This document shows positions 27,853 through 39,355 of a stretch of 64,000 bases of DNA, piece after piece. The notes under the pieces are model-generated. The model was given only the letters and a program-made list of their open reading frames with translations, ran no database searches and was not told the DNA's origin. Numbering within the stretch: position 1 is the stretch's first letter; each line of letters starts with the position of its first letter. The position numbers and the translations under genes were made by a program. The DNA comes from Candidatus Aldehydirespirator sp. Its GTDB lineage: Bacteria; Actinomycetota; Acidimicrobiia; Acidimicrobiales; Aldehydirespiratoraceae. The stretch covers positions 1,152,237 through 1,216,236 of the forward strand of contig OZ244836.1 of NCBI GenBank assembly GCA_965220645.1, given 5' to 3'.

Positions 27853-28305
27853 ATGAGCCGCACCATGGAGGATGTTCGCCAGTTCGCAGGCGCCGACCAG
27901 GGCCTCGCAGTCGTGTCGTTCGGGCGTCCTGACCAGTCGGTTCACTCCTCGCTGGTCAACGCCGGGGTGATGGCCCACCCGGTGACCGGCGAGGAGGTGG
28001 TGGCGCTGGTCGTGCGGAGCAGCGCCGCGAAACTCCGTCATTGGCGCCGCACCCCGCGGGCCACCATCGTCTTCCGGTCGGGCTGGTCGTGGGTGGGCGT
28101 GGAAGGCGCCACGACGATCATCGGCCCCGACGATCGATTCGACGGCTTCGACCCGTCATCGGTTCCCCGGTTGCTTCGGGCCGTGTTCACCGCTGCTGGC
28201 GGCAGCCACCAGGACTGGGACGAGTACGACCGCGTGATGGTGGCCGAACGCCGGACCGCGGTCTTCATCCACCCCTCCCGCATCACCGGGGTCGGCCAAC
28301 CCTGA
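27853..28305 (+). CDS. PPOX-class (pyridoxamine 5-phosphate oxidase-like) probable F420-dependent protein
   Basis: AGGAG lies 7 nt upstream of ATG 27853. Contains QGLAVVSFGRPDQSVHSSLVNAGV ... RRTPRATIVF ... WVGVEG, typical of the actinobacterial PPOX class. Confidence 0.7.
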   Translation: MSRTMEDVRQFAGADQGLAVVSFGRPDQSVHSSLVNAGVMAHPVTGEEVVALVVRSSAAKLRHWRRTPRATIVFRSGWSWVGVEGATTIIGPDDRFDGFDPSSVPRLLRAVFTAAGGSHQDWDEYDRVMVAERRTAVFIHPSRITGVGQP

Positions 28306-28330
28306 ACCGGAATCACTCGAGGGTTGTGAC

Positions 28331-28481
28331 GCACGAGATCGCCCAGGAGATGGCCCTGCGGGAGATGCCTACCGACTCCGATGTCGCCGAAGCGGTCGTG
28401 TTCCTGGCGTCGGAGCGGGCCCGGATGATCACCGGCCAGACGCTCGTGGTCAACGCCGGGCACTTCTACCCGGTCGCCTGA
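28331..28481 (+). pseudogene. orphan duplicate of the SDR gene 3-prime end (last 49 codons plus stop), repeat copy 2
   Basis: Encodes HEIAQEMALREMPTDSDVAEAVVFLASERARMITGQTLVVNAGHFYPVA*, identical in protein to the SDR C-terminus. No upstream SDR body is present. Confidence 0.85.
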
Positions 28482-28514
28482 CCGAGCGACGGCGGGATCG
28501 GCCGTTAGAGAGGG

Positions 28515-28787
28515 CTAGAGGCTGAACACGGTGCCTACAGCAAGCAACAGGATCAGCGCCACCCAGAAGGCAGTGCCTATCCACCCGATGCTGTAGCCGA
28601 CCGCCGCCAAGCCGCGATGCGGGGCTCCCGACAGTGCCTTTTGTATTGCGGTACGGCCGAGGATCAACGCAAACGGGAACAAGACGGGGAGCGCCACGCC
28701 CAGGACAGCCAGGGCGCAGGCAAGGACGGCCTCACTGTTGCTGTCAGGAGGTGCTGCTTGCTCCGTTAGGTTGGCCACGGTGCGCAT
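28515..28787 (-). CDS. small membrane protein (DUF4190-like)
   Basis: 90 aa from MRTVANL with two hydrophobic segments and a LILGRTAIQK...GLAAVGYSIGWIG pattern. The longer ORF version overlaps ccmA and is rejected. Confidence 0.5.
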   Translation of the reverse strand: MRTVANLTEQAAPPDSNSEAVLACALAVLGVALPVLFPFALILGRTAIQKALSGAPHRGLAAVGYSIGWIGTAFWVALILLLAVGTVFSL

Positions 28788-28817
28788 CGTACTGCCCACG
28801 TCAACCCCGCCTCGATC

Positions 28818-29465
28818 GTGAGAGTCGTTCGGCTGCGCGATGCGGTCGTGCTGCTGGGGGGCTTTCCGGCGCTGGCCGGGGTCGACCTCTCCGTCGAGCG
28901 CGGCGAGGTAGTTCTCGTAAGGGGTCCCAATGGCGCGGGCAAGTCCACGCTGCTGCACCTTTGTGCCGGGCTGTTGCGCCTGTCGGAGGGTCAGGGCGAG
29001 GTGCTGGGCTGTGACCTGGGCGTTGACCGGGCTGCGGTGCGCCGCCGGGTGGGTCTGCTGGGCCACGACACCGCGCTCTACGGCGAGTTGACCGCAGCCG
29101 AGAACCTGCAGGTATGGGCCCGGGCTTCCAGAGTGGGCGAAGCCGACGTGGGTGGCGCGCTCGATCGCCTAGGGCTGCCTCCGCGGCTGCGCGACGTCCC
29201 CACCGACCGGCTGTCTGCGGGGCAGCGTCGCCGGGTGGCGCTGGCCGCGATCGTGGTACGCCGACCCGAGCTGTGGCTGCTTGACGAGCCCCACGCCGGG
29301 CTCGACTCCGACGGGCGCGAGATCGTGGACAGCATCGTGACGGCCGCGGCCGCGGCCGGTGCTGCCGTGGTGCTGGCCTCCCATGAGGCGGGACCGGCCG
29401 GTGGTCTCGCCACCCGCACTGTGGCGATGGCGGGCGGCACGCTGCCAGAGGGGCTGGGACCGTGA
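28818..29465 (+). CDS. ccmA: heme exporter ATP-binding protein CcmA
   Basis: GTG start. Walker A GPNGAGKST, signature LSAGQRRR, Walker B LWLLDEPHAGLD. It is followed by ccmB-H. Confidence 0.85.
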   Translation: MRVVRLRDAVVLLGGFPALAGVDLSVERGEVVLVRGPNGAGKSTLLHLCAGLLRLSEGQGEVLGCDLGVDRAAVRRRVGLLGHDTALYGELTAAENLQVWARASRVGEADVGGALDRLGLPPRLRDVPTDRLSAGQRRRVALAAIVVRRPELWLLDEPHAGLDSDGREIVDSIVTAAAAAGAAVVLASHEAGPAGGLATRTVAMAGGTLPEGLGP

Positions 29466-30157
29466 CCGTCTGGCGCGAGCTCAGCCTGTTCGCAGGCGAC
29501 GCCGGTTTGGTGGCCTCCAAGGACCTGCGCATCGAGTGGCGGGCCCGCACGACGCTGGGACAAGTCTTGCCCTTCGCGCTTCTGGTCCTGGTGCTGTTCG
29601 GCTTCGCCCTCGACGCCAACCGGCCCACGCTGCGGCTGGCCACACCAGGCCTGCTGTGGATGACCGTGCTGTTCGCGACCGTGGTGGCGGTGCAGCGGTC
29701 CGTGGCCGTGGAGTCCGCCGATGGAGCCCGCCGGGTGCTGCTCCTCAGCGGGATGGCCCCGGCGGCCGCGTTCGTAGGCAAGACCGCCGCGGTGGCGGTG
29801 CAATTGCTGGTCGTGGAGGCGCTGCTGTTACCGGGCGTGGTGCTGCTGTACGACGCGAGGATCGAGTCGATCCCTTTGGTGGCCGCAACGTGCGCGGCCG
29901 CGACGGTGGGTCTGGCCGCCGCCGGTAGCCTGCTCGGTGCTGTGGTAGCAGGAGTGCGAGCCCATCAGACGGTCCTGCCGATCCTGCTGCTCCCGGTGTC
30001 GGCGCCGGTGCTGATCGCGGCCACCCGGGCCTTTGCCGACGGGCTCGGCACGGTCGCGGTGGACGGGTGGTCCTGGGTGGGCCTGCTCGTCGGCTTCGCG
30101 GCGGTGAACGCTGTGCTGGGCGCGGTCGTCTACGGCCCGCTGCTGGAGGACGCATGA
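29462..30157 (+). CDS. ccmB: heme exporter membrane protein CcmB
   Basis: GTGA overlap with ccmA. Polytopic membrane protein of ~231 aa in the ccm position. Confidence 0.8.
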   Translation: MTVWRELSLFAGDAGLVASKDLRIEWRARTTLGQVLPFALLVLVLFGFALDANRPTLRLATPGLLWMTVLFATVVAVQRSVAVESADGARRVLLLSGMAPAAAFVGKTAAVAVQLLVVEALLLPGVVLLYDARIESIPLVAATCAAATVGLAAAGSLLGAVVAGVRAHQTVLPILLLPVSAPVLIAATRAFADGLGTVAVDGWSWVGLLVGFAAVNAVLGAVVYGPLLEDA

Positions 30158-30933
30158 CAGCCCCGGAGTCGTCGGCCACACCCTCCGAGCCGCGGATCGC
30201 CTCCTATCTCGGCGGTCCCGCTCGAACCGGGTCGCGCTTCACCCTGTGGCTCGGTGCGGCGACCCTGCTCGGCCTGGCCGGGGTGGCCGCGCTGGGGCTT
30301 CTGGCCGTCCCAGCCGACGATGTCCAGGGCGACGCGGTGCGCATCATCTTCGTGCACGTTCCCTCGGCAATAGGGGCCTACGCCGCCTTCGGGGTGACCG
30401 CGGTCGGCTCGGTGATGTGGCTGTGGCGCAGGTCGGTGTGGTGGGACGTCACCGCCCACGCCGGCGCGGAGGTCGGGGTCCTGCTGTGCGGGCTCATGCT
30501 GGTGACGGGAATGCTCTGGGGCCGCCCTACTTGGGGCACGTACTGGGAGTGGGGCGACGTGCGGCTGGTCACCACCCTCATCCTGTTCCTGGTGATGGTC
30601 GGCTACCTGTCGGTTCGAGCCCTCGGCGGCGACGCAGCCTCGGTGGCCACCCGAGCCGCGGTGGTGGGGCTGGTCGGTGGGGTGAACATCCCGATCGTGA
30701 ACCGGTCGGTGAACTGGTGGGCCAACCGCACCCTGCACCAGCAGTCGTCGCTCACCGACGGCAAGCTCGCGGACCTCACACTGTTCACCCTGTTCCTGGC
30801 GTTCGTCGTGGCTGCGATGGCCATCTGCTGGATGATGGTGCACCGCTTCCGCATCGGCTGGCTGGAGCGGCAGCTACAAGCCCGCGACGTTCGCGATGCG
30901 CTGGCGGCCCGGCGAGCCGAGGCGGGCCGATGA
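30154..30933 (+). CDS. ccmC: heme exporter/handling protein CcmC
   Basis: ATGA overlap with ccmB. Contains RIIFVHVPSA and the tryptophan-rich WGRPTWGTYWEWGDVRL (WWD-type) motif. Confidence 0.85.
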   Translation: MTAPESSATPSEPRIASYLGGPARTGSRFTLWLGAATLLGLAGVAALGLLAVPADDVQGDAVRIIFVHVPSAIGAYAAFGVTAVGSVMWLWRRSVWWDVTAHAGAEVGVLLCGLMLVTGMLWGRPTWGTYWEWGDVRLVTTLILFLVMVGYLSVRALGGDAASVATRAAVVGLVGGVNIPIVNRSVNWWANRTLHQQSSLTDGKLADLTLFTLFLAFVVAAMAICWMMVHRFRIGWLERQLQARDVRDALAARRAEAGR

Positions 30934-31067
30934 GCCAGGCCGGCTACGTGCTCGGTGCCTGGGGCGTCACGCTCGCCGCGATCGGCCTCTACGCGGCCAG
31001 CCTCATCGTGCGAGGCCGGCGGCTGGTGCACCGGTCACGAGCCGAGACCGGCGAGAACGGCGAGTGA
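30930..31067 (+). CDS. ccmD: small membrane protein CcmD
   Basis: ATGA overlap with ccmC. 45 aa with a single TM segment (YVLGAWGVTLAAIGLYAASLIV) followed by basic residues. Confidence 0.6.
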   Translation: MSQAGYVLGAWGVTLAAIGLYAASLIVRGRRLVHRSRAETGENGE

Positions 31068-31085
31068 CAGTCATGGACGACGGCG

Positions 31086-31690
31086 GTGGATGCCATGGAT
31101 GACGAGGTGAAGACAGCGGACGACACGTTGTCCGACACCGCGGGCCCGGAGCTGTCGCCGCTCACCCCGCGACCCGTTGGACCCCCCGCTCGGACTCGGC
31201 GCTGGATCGCGGCGTTGATAACCGTGGCCGTGATCGGAGGCGTTGCGCTGCTCGTGTCGAACCTGCTCGGTGACGCGGCGCTGTTCTTCTACAACGCCGA
31301 CGAGGCAGTCGAGCGGCGCGATGAACTGGCTGCCCAGCGCTTCCGTCTGCAGGGGACACCATTGGTCGAGCCGGTGCATGCCTACTGGGAAGACCGGCCG
31401 GTGCTGGCTTTCGCCGTCGGCTTCAACGGGGCAGTAGTGAATGTGGTCCACATCGGCGATCCGCCCGAGCTGTTCCAGGCCGGCGTGCCGGTGGTGCTCG
31501 AAGGGGCCTGGCAGCAAGGACCTGGCCCCGGCCCGGTGATCGCCGCAGACGGCTGGCACTTCGCATCGGACCGGATGCTGGTGAAGCACGACAACGACTA
31601 CCGCAACCGCGACGACTACGACGAGCGCATTGTCGAAGCCGACGAGGGCGTCTTTCGCTACCCTCCCCCGCTCCGGGAACCATCAGGACC

Positions 31691-31694
<4 letters not shown>
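31086..31694 (+). CDS. ccmE: heme chaperone CcmE
   Basis: N-terminal TM anchor, OB-like body (FRLQGTPL...VVLEGAW), and the heme-binding motif LVKHDNDY (H-x3-Y). Confidence 0.8.
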
Positions 31695-33720
<2,026 letters not shown>

Positions 33721-33724
<4 letters not shown>

Positions 33725-34272
33725 ACAGCGGTGGCCGCCATCGCCGCGCAGTCTGGATCGCGTTGCCGGTGGCCTTGGCGGCCGCCCTGCTGGTGGTGGT
33801 GCTGGCCACCCGGGACTCCGCGTTCGAGCGCAGCGCCTCCAGCCCGATCGTGGGTGGCCTCGCGCCCCCCATCGTCGGTGCAACCGCAACCGGCGAGTCC
33901 TTCGATCTCGACGACTGGCGCGGCCGCTGGGTGATCGTCAACTTCTTCCAGAGCACCTGCGTGCCCTGCATCATGGAGCACCCCGAACTCGTCGCCTTCG
34001 AAGAGCGCCACTCCGCAGCCGGCGACGCTCGGATCGTGTCGGTGGTGTTCGATGACAGCGTCGACAACGTGCGGAGATTCTTCGAGGTCAACGGGGGGGA
34101 CTGGCCCGTTGTCGTGGAGGGCGCCAGCGAGGCGACCATCGCCTACGGCGTTACCGGCGTGCCCGAGTCCTACCTCGTGGCCCCGTCGGGAGTGGTGGTG
34201 TGGAAGCAGCTCGGCGGGGTAACCGCCGACGGCATCGACGACGTGATCGCCCAGCTCAGCGCGGCACCGTGA
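33721..34272 (+). CDS. ccmG: thiol:disulfide oxidoreductase CcmG/DsbE (TlpA family)
   Basis: ATGA overlap with ccmF. TM anchor, thioredoxin motif STCVPC, and GVTGVPESYLV. Confidence 0.8.
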
Positions 34273-35645
34273 GTTGGCGTCATGCCAGCTGGATCGCGGC
34301 TGTCATGGTGGTCGCGGCGGCCTTCGTGTACGGCGCGCTGGACGAAGGCCCTCCCAAGACCAACGCCGACCGCGTCCACGCTTTGGCCGAGGACTTTGCC
34401 TGCCCGGTGTGCGCGGGCCAGTCGGTGGCCGAGAGCGACGTGCCGGTCGCCCGGGAGATCCGGCGGCAGATCGCGGTGTGGGTCGACGAGGGCCGCAGCG
34501 ACGCTTTCATCCGGGACCAGCTGGTAGCGGCCTACGACGTCGACATCGATTACAACCCGTCGGGATCCGGCATCACCAGCCTGGTGTGGATCCTCCCGCT
34601 GTTCGCCGGAGGCGGCATCGCGGCCGTGGTCGTGGTGATGCTGCGATCCGACCGCCGCCCGGGGCAAGCCGGGGCCGAGCCCTCGATGGCGACGCGGCGA
34701 CGCCGCTGGCGCAACGCGGTCGTGTGGACTGTCGCCGTCGCGGTGGTGGCCGGCGCGGCGGGGCTGCTGGTAGCCCGCTCGTCGGGCAGCCGCGGCACCG
34801 ACGGCTCAGTCACCGGCGAGATCCGCGTCACCACCCGCGAGCTGATCTTCGAGGCCCAGTCGCGGCTGGCCGACGGCGACATGGCCGGCGCCATCGACGC
34901 CTACGACGAAGCCCTCGAGCTTCAGCCCTCCAACGCGGAGGCGCTTACCTATCGGGGCTGGCTCACTTCCCGCCGCGGCGATCCGGCCGCTGCGGTCGAG
35001 TACCTCGACGACGCCATCGCGGTGGACCCCGCCTACCCGGACGCCCGGCTGTTCCGGGCCATTGTCGCCCTCGAGGAGGGTGACGGAGCCGGAGCGGCTC
35101 AGCAGCTGGCCGTCTTCGACGCCCTGGACCCGCCCCCGTATGCCGAGGAGTTGCTGGCCCAGGCACAAGTGCGCGAGCGGGTGGCCGCGGCCCGCGACGC
35201 CGCCGCGCTGCAGGCTGTGGAGGCTCTGGACGCCTTCGAGGAGCGTCCCGAGTTCAGCGACACCGCCTTGAGTGTGCCGGACGCACTCGCTGGCGCGGAG
35301 GCCTTGGCCGCCCGAGGCGATCTGCTCGAGGCCGTGCAGTTCCTCGACTGGGTGCTGGAGTCCCGCCCCGATGATCCCGACGTGCTGGCCGGCCGGGGCT
35401 GGTTGCTGGTTCGTAGCGGTGATCCCGAACTGCTCGCCCTCGGCGTCGAATACCTGGATCTAGCCCTGACTGCCGACCCGTCCAACCCCCGAGGACTGGT
35501 GTACCGGGCGTTTGCACGGTGGCAGCAGGGCTACACCCCGGCGGCCCGCGCCGATCTCGCCGCCTTCGATGAACTGGACTACCGGCCGCCAGACCTGGTT
35601 CGCCTGGTTGAGGCTCAGGGCCTGCGAGCCGCGATCAGCGGTTGA
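34269..35645 (+). CDS. ccmH: CcmH fused to a TPR (CcmI-like) domain
   Basis: GTGA overlap with ccmG. CPVC redox motif (EDFACPVCAGQSVAESD), a TM segment, and a C-terminal ~270 aa of TPR-like repeats. Confidence 0.75.
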   Translation: MSWRHASWIAAVMVVAAAFVYGALDEGPPKTNADRVHALAEDFACPVCAGQSVAESDVPVAREIRRQIAVWVDEGRSDAFIRDQLVAAYDVDIDYNPSGSGITSLVWILPLFAGGGIAAVVVVMLRSDRRPGQAGAEPSMATRRRRWRNAVVWTVAVAVVAGAAGLLVARSSGSRGTDGSVTGEIRVTTRELIFEAQSRLADGDMAGAIDAYDEALELQPSNAEALTYRGWLTSRRGDPAAAVEYLDDAIAVDPAYPDARLFRAIVALEEGDGAGAAQQLAVFDALDPPPYAEELLAQAQVRERVAAARDAAALQAVEALDAFEERPEFSDTALSVPDALAGAEALAARGDLLEAVQFLDWVLESRPDDPDVLAGRGWLLVRSGDPELLALGVEYLDLALTADPSNPRGLVYRAFARWQQGYTPAARADLAAFDELDYRPPDLVRLVEAQGLRAAISG

Positions 35646-36609
35646 GCCGGGTATAGCCGCCCTCGAGGAAGGCGACTGCGGCGGCGTAATGGTTGTCGGA
35701 GCCGGCCAGCGCCCCGTAGGGCAGCGACGCTCCGGCGAAGTTCTCCTCGTTCCAGAAGGGATCAGACCGGTCGACACCGCCCCAGGCGGCCACGTAGATG
35801 TAGGGCTCGTCGTGGGAGTGGTCGCCCGGAGAGAAGCCGTAGGTGGCCCTCTGGCCCGACTCGGCGTCGCCGGCGGCGATGGCGGGGTCGAAGTGCCCGG
35901 GCCATAGCTGCACCCGCTCGGGATCGAGCACCCCGGGCGAGAAGCGCAGCTCCTCCAGAGCGGCGGTGGCCAGCCCGAACCAGGCGCCCAGGAACCGGCC
36001 CACCTCAGCCCGCCCGTCGAGGGGGCGGTCGATGTCGCCCAGCTCGGGACTGTCGTGCTCGGCTGCGGTGGTGCCCGGAGCCACGCCCACGAACTCGCCG
36101 GCCTCGCGCAGGGTGACGATGGCCGTCGAGCGGGCGTGCCCGGCCTCCTGGACCACGAGGCGACCGTCGACCACCCTCACCTGCGTATCGTCGTCGAAGA
36201 ACGGCGTGCCGAAGCCGCCCCGCACGTACCGCAGCCCGAACTTGCCGTTGCACTGGTAGCGGGCCTCGGCCACCACCGAATAGGCGAGCCGGTGGAAGTC
36301 GAACAGCGACCGCGGGTAGTCCGGCGGCACGTCGGGAAGGCACCGGTGGGCGCCCAGCCATCGATCGGCGGCAAAGCCAGCCAGATCTGGGCGGGTGGAG
36401 ATGAGATCATCCCAGGTGAGGTCGGCGCCTGAGTGAGGCGCGACCACGGGACCGGCGCCCCGGCTCGCGGGATCGGCGGGGTCGTCGGCCCAGAACGGCG
36501 GATCGGCCACCGCAGGCGGGCTGGGTTCCAGCACCCGCACGTCGTAGCCGTCGCCAACGGCGGCAGCCGCCTCCGCGACGGGATCGTGGGCAAGGGCGTG
36601 ATCGATCAT
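35635..36609 (-). CDS. hypothetical protein
   Basis: 324-aa ORF with coding-like composition, convergent with ccmH. No motif recognised. Confidence 0.45.
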   Translation of the reverse strand: MIDHALAHDPVAEAAAAVGDGYDVRVLEPSPPAVADPPFWADDPADPASRGAGPVVAPHSGADLTWDDLISTRPDLAGFAADRWLGAHRCLPDVPPDYPRSLFDFHRLAYSVVAEARYQCNGKFGLRYVRGGFGTPFFDDDTQVRVVDGRLVVQEAGHARSTAIVTLREAGEFVGVAPGTTAAEHDSPELGDIDRPLDGRAEVGRFLGAWFGLATAALEELRFSPGVLDPERVQLWPGHFDPAIAAGDAESGQRATYGFSPGDHSHDEPYIYVAAWGGVDRSDPFWNEENFAGASLPYGALAGSDNHYAAAVAFLEGGYTRLNR

Positions 36610-36662
36610 GGTTCGGCCTCTTTGTAAGAGCAGAGTGTGTGCGACGTTAGGTTTCCCCCGAT

Positions 36663-38036
36663 ATGACCTGCAAGATGCAGTTTGTTTCAGCCAGAGCCCT
36701 GACCGTGTTGGCGGCCGCGGCCTTTGTCGTTGCGGCCCTCGGCTGTTCCGAATCGCCTTCCGGTGACGGCGACGCGCCCGTCACGGGTTCTCAGCCCCCA
36801 TCCTCCACCGGAGAAGCTGGCCCTGAGCAGACCGAATCCGCTGAATCCGACCGGGACGCGGCATCCGCGCCATCAGACAGCGAGGGCGAGGAGCCCGAGC
36901 CGGCTCCAGAGACGACCACTGCGGCGTCCGGCACTGGGGGCGACTCGTCGCCGGTGGTCATCGACTTCGAGCCGATCGCGTCCACGCCTCGCTCCGATGT
37001 GCCCAGCGCGCTGCGCGACCGCCGTCACCCCGACCATCCCGAGCCGCTCATCGACCTCTCGGAGATTCTGTCCGGGGGACCGCCGCCCGACGGGATCCCG
37101 CCCCTCGAGAACCCCGCCTTCGAGCCGGCCGGCGAGGTGGACTGGCTGCCGGGGGTGGAGCCGGTGCTGGCGCTGGAGATCAACGGCGACGCCCGGGCCT
37201 ACCCGCTGCGGATCATGACCTGGCACGAACTCGTGAACGGCACCGTCGGCGGGATCCCGGTCACCGTGTCGTACTGCCCGCTGTGCAACTCCGCAATCGC
37301 CTACGACCGGCGAGTGGGGGACCGCATCCTCGACTTCGGAACGTCGGGAGAGCTGCTGAACTCGTCGCTGTTGATGTACGATCGCCAGACCGAGAGCCTG
37401 TGGTCGCACTACACCGGTACCGCGGTGGCCGGCCATCTCACCGGTGCCGAGCTGGATCTGATCCCGGTGCAGACGGTGTCGTTCGAGTCGTTCCTGTCAG
37501 CCCACCCCGAGGGCCATGTTCTCAGCCTCGACACCGGCCACGCCCGCCGGTACGGGCAGAACCCCTACGAGTCCTACGACACCAGCAGCCAGCCATTCCT
37601 GTTCAGCGGCCCGTTCGACGACCGCCTCGAACCCATGACACGGGTGTTGGCGCTGCGGGCCGGTGACGAGGGGGCGGTGGTCCCGCTCGACGTTCTCGCT
37701 GAGCGCCGGGTCGTGCCTTTCTCGTTTGCCGGCCGCGAGTTGGTGGCGCTCTACGAGTCGGGCACGGCTAGCGCCCTTGACACCGGCGCGATCGCCGAGG
37801 GCCGGGACGTGGGCGCCACCGGCGTGTTCGTGCGCTCGCTCGACGGGCAGCCGCTGGACCTCTCGCTGGGCGCCGACGGCGGTTTCGTGGATGCAACCAC
37901 AGGGGTCGCCTACGACATCCTCGGCCGGCCGTCGGACGCGAGCGGCACCGGCGCGCTGGAGCCGGTCGAGCATCTCGACACGTTCTGGTTCGCGGCGGCC
38001 GCGTTCTACTCCGACGCCGAGATCATCGGGCAGTAG
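36663..38036 (+). CDS. DUF3179 domain-containing lipoprotein
   Basis: Signal peptide plus lipobox VAALGCS and a Pro/Ser/Glu-rich linker. Core reads DGIPPLENPAFEP...ARAYPLRIMTWHELVN...SYCPLCNS, typical of DUF3179. Confidence 0.7.
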   Translation: MTCKMQFVSARALTVLAAAAFVVAALGCSESPSGDGDAPVTGSQPPSSTGEAGPEQTESAESDRDAASAPSDSEGEEPEPAPETTTAASGTGGDSSPVVIDFEPIASTPRSDVPSALRDRRHPDHPEPLIDLSEILSGGPPPDGIPPLENPAFEPAGEVDWLPGVEPVLALEINGDARAYPLRIMTWHELVNGTVGGIPVTVSYCPLCNSAIAYDRRVGDRILDFGTSGELLNSSLLMYDRQTESLWSHYTGTAVAGHLTGAELDLIPVQTVSFESFLSAHPEGHVLSLDTGHARRYGQNPYESYDTSSQPFLFSGPFDDRLEPMTRVLALRAGDEGAVVPLDVLAERRVVPFSFAGRELVALYESGTASALDTGAIAEGRDVGATGVFVRSLDGQPLDLSLGADGGFVDATTGVAYDILGRPSDASGTGALEPVEHLDTFWFAAAAFYSDAEIIGQ

Positions 38037-38152
38037 ACGGCTGTGTTATCCGAGAATCAGGAGAGGTCTCGACCGGCAGCGCTTAGTCGGCTTGAATGAT
38101 GGTCCGCAAGTCGCCCGCGGCACCGCCGGCGGGGGAGAGGACGGGGATCGTT

Positions 38153-38734
38153 ATGTCCGACGCGCTCACCGAGACCTTCACCGTGGGTTGGACCGCCATG
38201 GCCGACGGCACGCGTGAGGACTACGTCCACCTCTCCAAGATCTTCTCGGGCCACGCCCGCGAGACGCTCGTGCCGCACCTGCTCTCAGTGATGAGGCTGC
38301 TCGAGGGTCCCACGCTCGGCTACCAGATCGACCGGGCCCGCCACTGCCGCCAGTCGGCCACCCGGGCGCTGCGCAACGGCGAGTCCGACGAGTTCGTGGT
38401 GGCCGCCCTGTTGCACGACATCGGCGATGTGCTCGCCCCCGACAACCACAGCGCGGTGGCGGCCGCCATCGTCGCCCCCTACGTCAGCTCCGAGACGGAG
38501 TGGGTGGTGCGCCACCACGGGCTGTTCCAGGGCTACTACTACTTTCATCACCTCGGCGGTGACCGCCATGCCCGGGAGCGTTGCGCGGAGTCGCCGCACT
38601 ACGACCGTTGCGTCGACTTCTGTGCCTCATACGACCAGAACTGCTTCGACCCCGACTACGACGATTTGCCCCTGGAGGAGTTCGTCCCGCTGCTCCACGA
38701 GGTGTTCTCCCGACCGCCGCAGTACACGGCCTGA
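38153..38734 (+). CDS. HD-domain protein (PhnZ/MIOX-like metal-dependent hydrolase/oxygenase superfamily)
   Basis: Contains RARHCRQSATRA ... VVAALLHDIGD ... VVRHHGLFQGYYYFHH. The start is taken at MSDALTE (38153); ATG 38096 is possible. Confidence 0.55.
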   Translation: MSDALTETFTVGWTAMADGTREDYVHLSKIFSGHARETLVPHLLSVMRLLEGPTLGYQIDRARHCRQSATRALRNGESDEFVVAALLHDIGDVLAPDNHSAVAAAIVAPYVSSETEWVVRHHGLFQGYYYFHHLGGDRHARERCAESPHYDRCVDFCASYDQNCFDPDYDDLPLEEFVPLLHEVFSRPPQYTA

Positions 38735-38770
38735 GTACGCGCTCGGCCTGAGTACGCGCTCGGCCTGAGA
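38728..38770. repeat. 17-bp tandem repeat (2.5 units) starting in the last codons and stop of the HD gene
   Basis: ggcctgagtacgcgctc occurs at 38728..38744 and 38745..38761, followed by ggcctgaga. Confidence 0.9.
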
Positions 38771-38781
38771 AGCTGGTTCCC

Positions 38782-39258
38782 TCAGGCTGCGCCGAAGGTG
38801 CGCGGGTGCCGGTAGGCGGCGCCGACGATACGACCGTCGCTCACGTCCAGCTCCCAGATCGACCCCTTCTTGCACCTTCCCAGATCTCCGATGTCCAGCG
38901 CGTACTGGGCCAGCACCCACAGCAGCCCGGGAATGACATCGCCGTGGCTGCACAGCACCGAGTCGCCCTCGGCGGAAGCCAGCGACCGCAGCAGATCGAA
39001 GGCGTCGCCGACGAACGATCCCTCGGCCAGCTCGTCAGAGATCTCGACGGGCAGCCCGAGCGCCCGACCCAGCGGCACGACGGTGTCCACGCAACGCACC
39101 GCCGCGCTCGACAGGATCCGCGTGACTGGGCGCGCGGCCAGCGCGGCACCGATGGCCTCGGCCTGCATCTGCCCGAACTCGTCTAGCGGCCGTTCGAAGT
39201 CGTCGCCCACCCAGGCCATCCGGTTGCCCGCGTCGGCATGGCGCACAAGGTGCAGCAT
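38782..39258 (-). CDS. histidine phosphatase family protein (SixA-like)
   Basis: N-terminal MLHLVRHADAG (RHG-type motif), then SSAAVRCVDT and CSHGDVI. Confidence 0.7.
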   Translation of the reverse strand: MLHLVRHADAGNRMAWVGDDFERPLDEFGQMQAEAIGAALAARPVTRILSSAAVRCVDTVVPLGRALGLPVEISDELAEGSFVGDAFDLLRSLASAEGDSVLCSHGDVIPGLLWVLAQYALDIGDLGRCKKGSIWELDVSDGRIVGAAYRHPRTFGAA

Positions 39259-39355
39259 CGATTAGCGCGCTAGGTGCCTGCGACGGCGGGCCCGACCCCG
39301 TCGCCGCTCGTTGCTGCACTGAGGTCCGTACTGGACACGCCGTTAGCCTACGTCC

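Larger units (their letters stand above)
26961..28330. mobile_element. putative integrated mini-island (vapBC + PPOX gene) bounded by the 151-bp repeats; no integrase present
   Basis: The segment lies between two copies of the SDR 3-prime end. It contains an AT-rich core (about 27600..27770) and toxin-antitoxin cargo. Confidence 0.4.

Noticed and set aside
28788-29066. Longer version (183 aa) of the small membrane protein ORF, and the 326-aa minus-strand ORF 28801..29781
   Set aside because: Both run antisense through ccmA/ccmB, which are strongly supported. The extensions are Gln/Arg/Pro-rich and motif-free.
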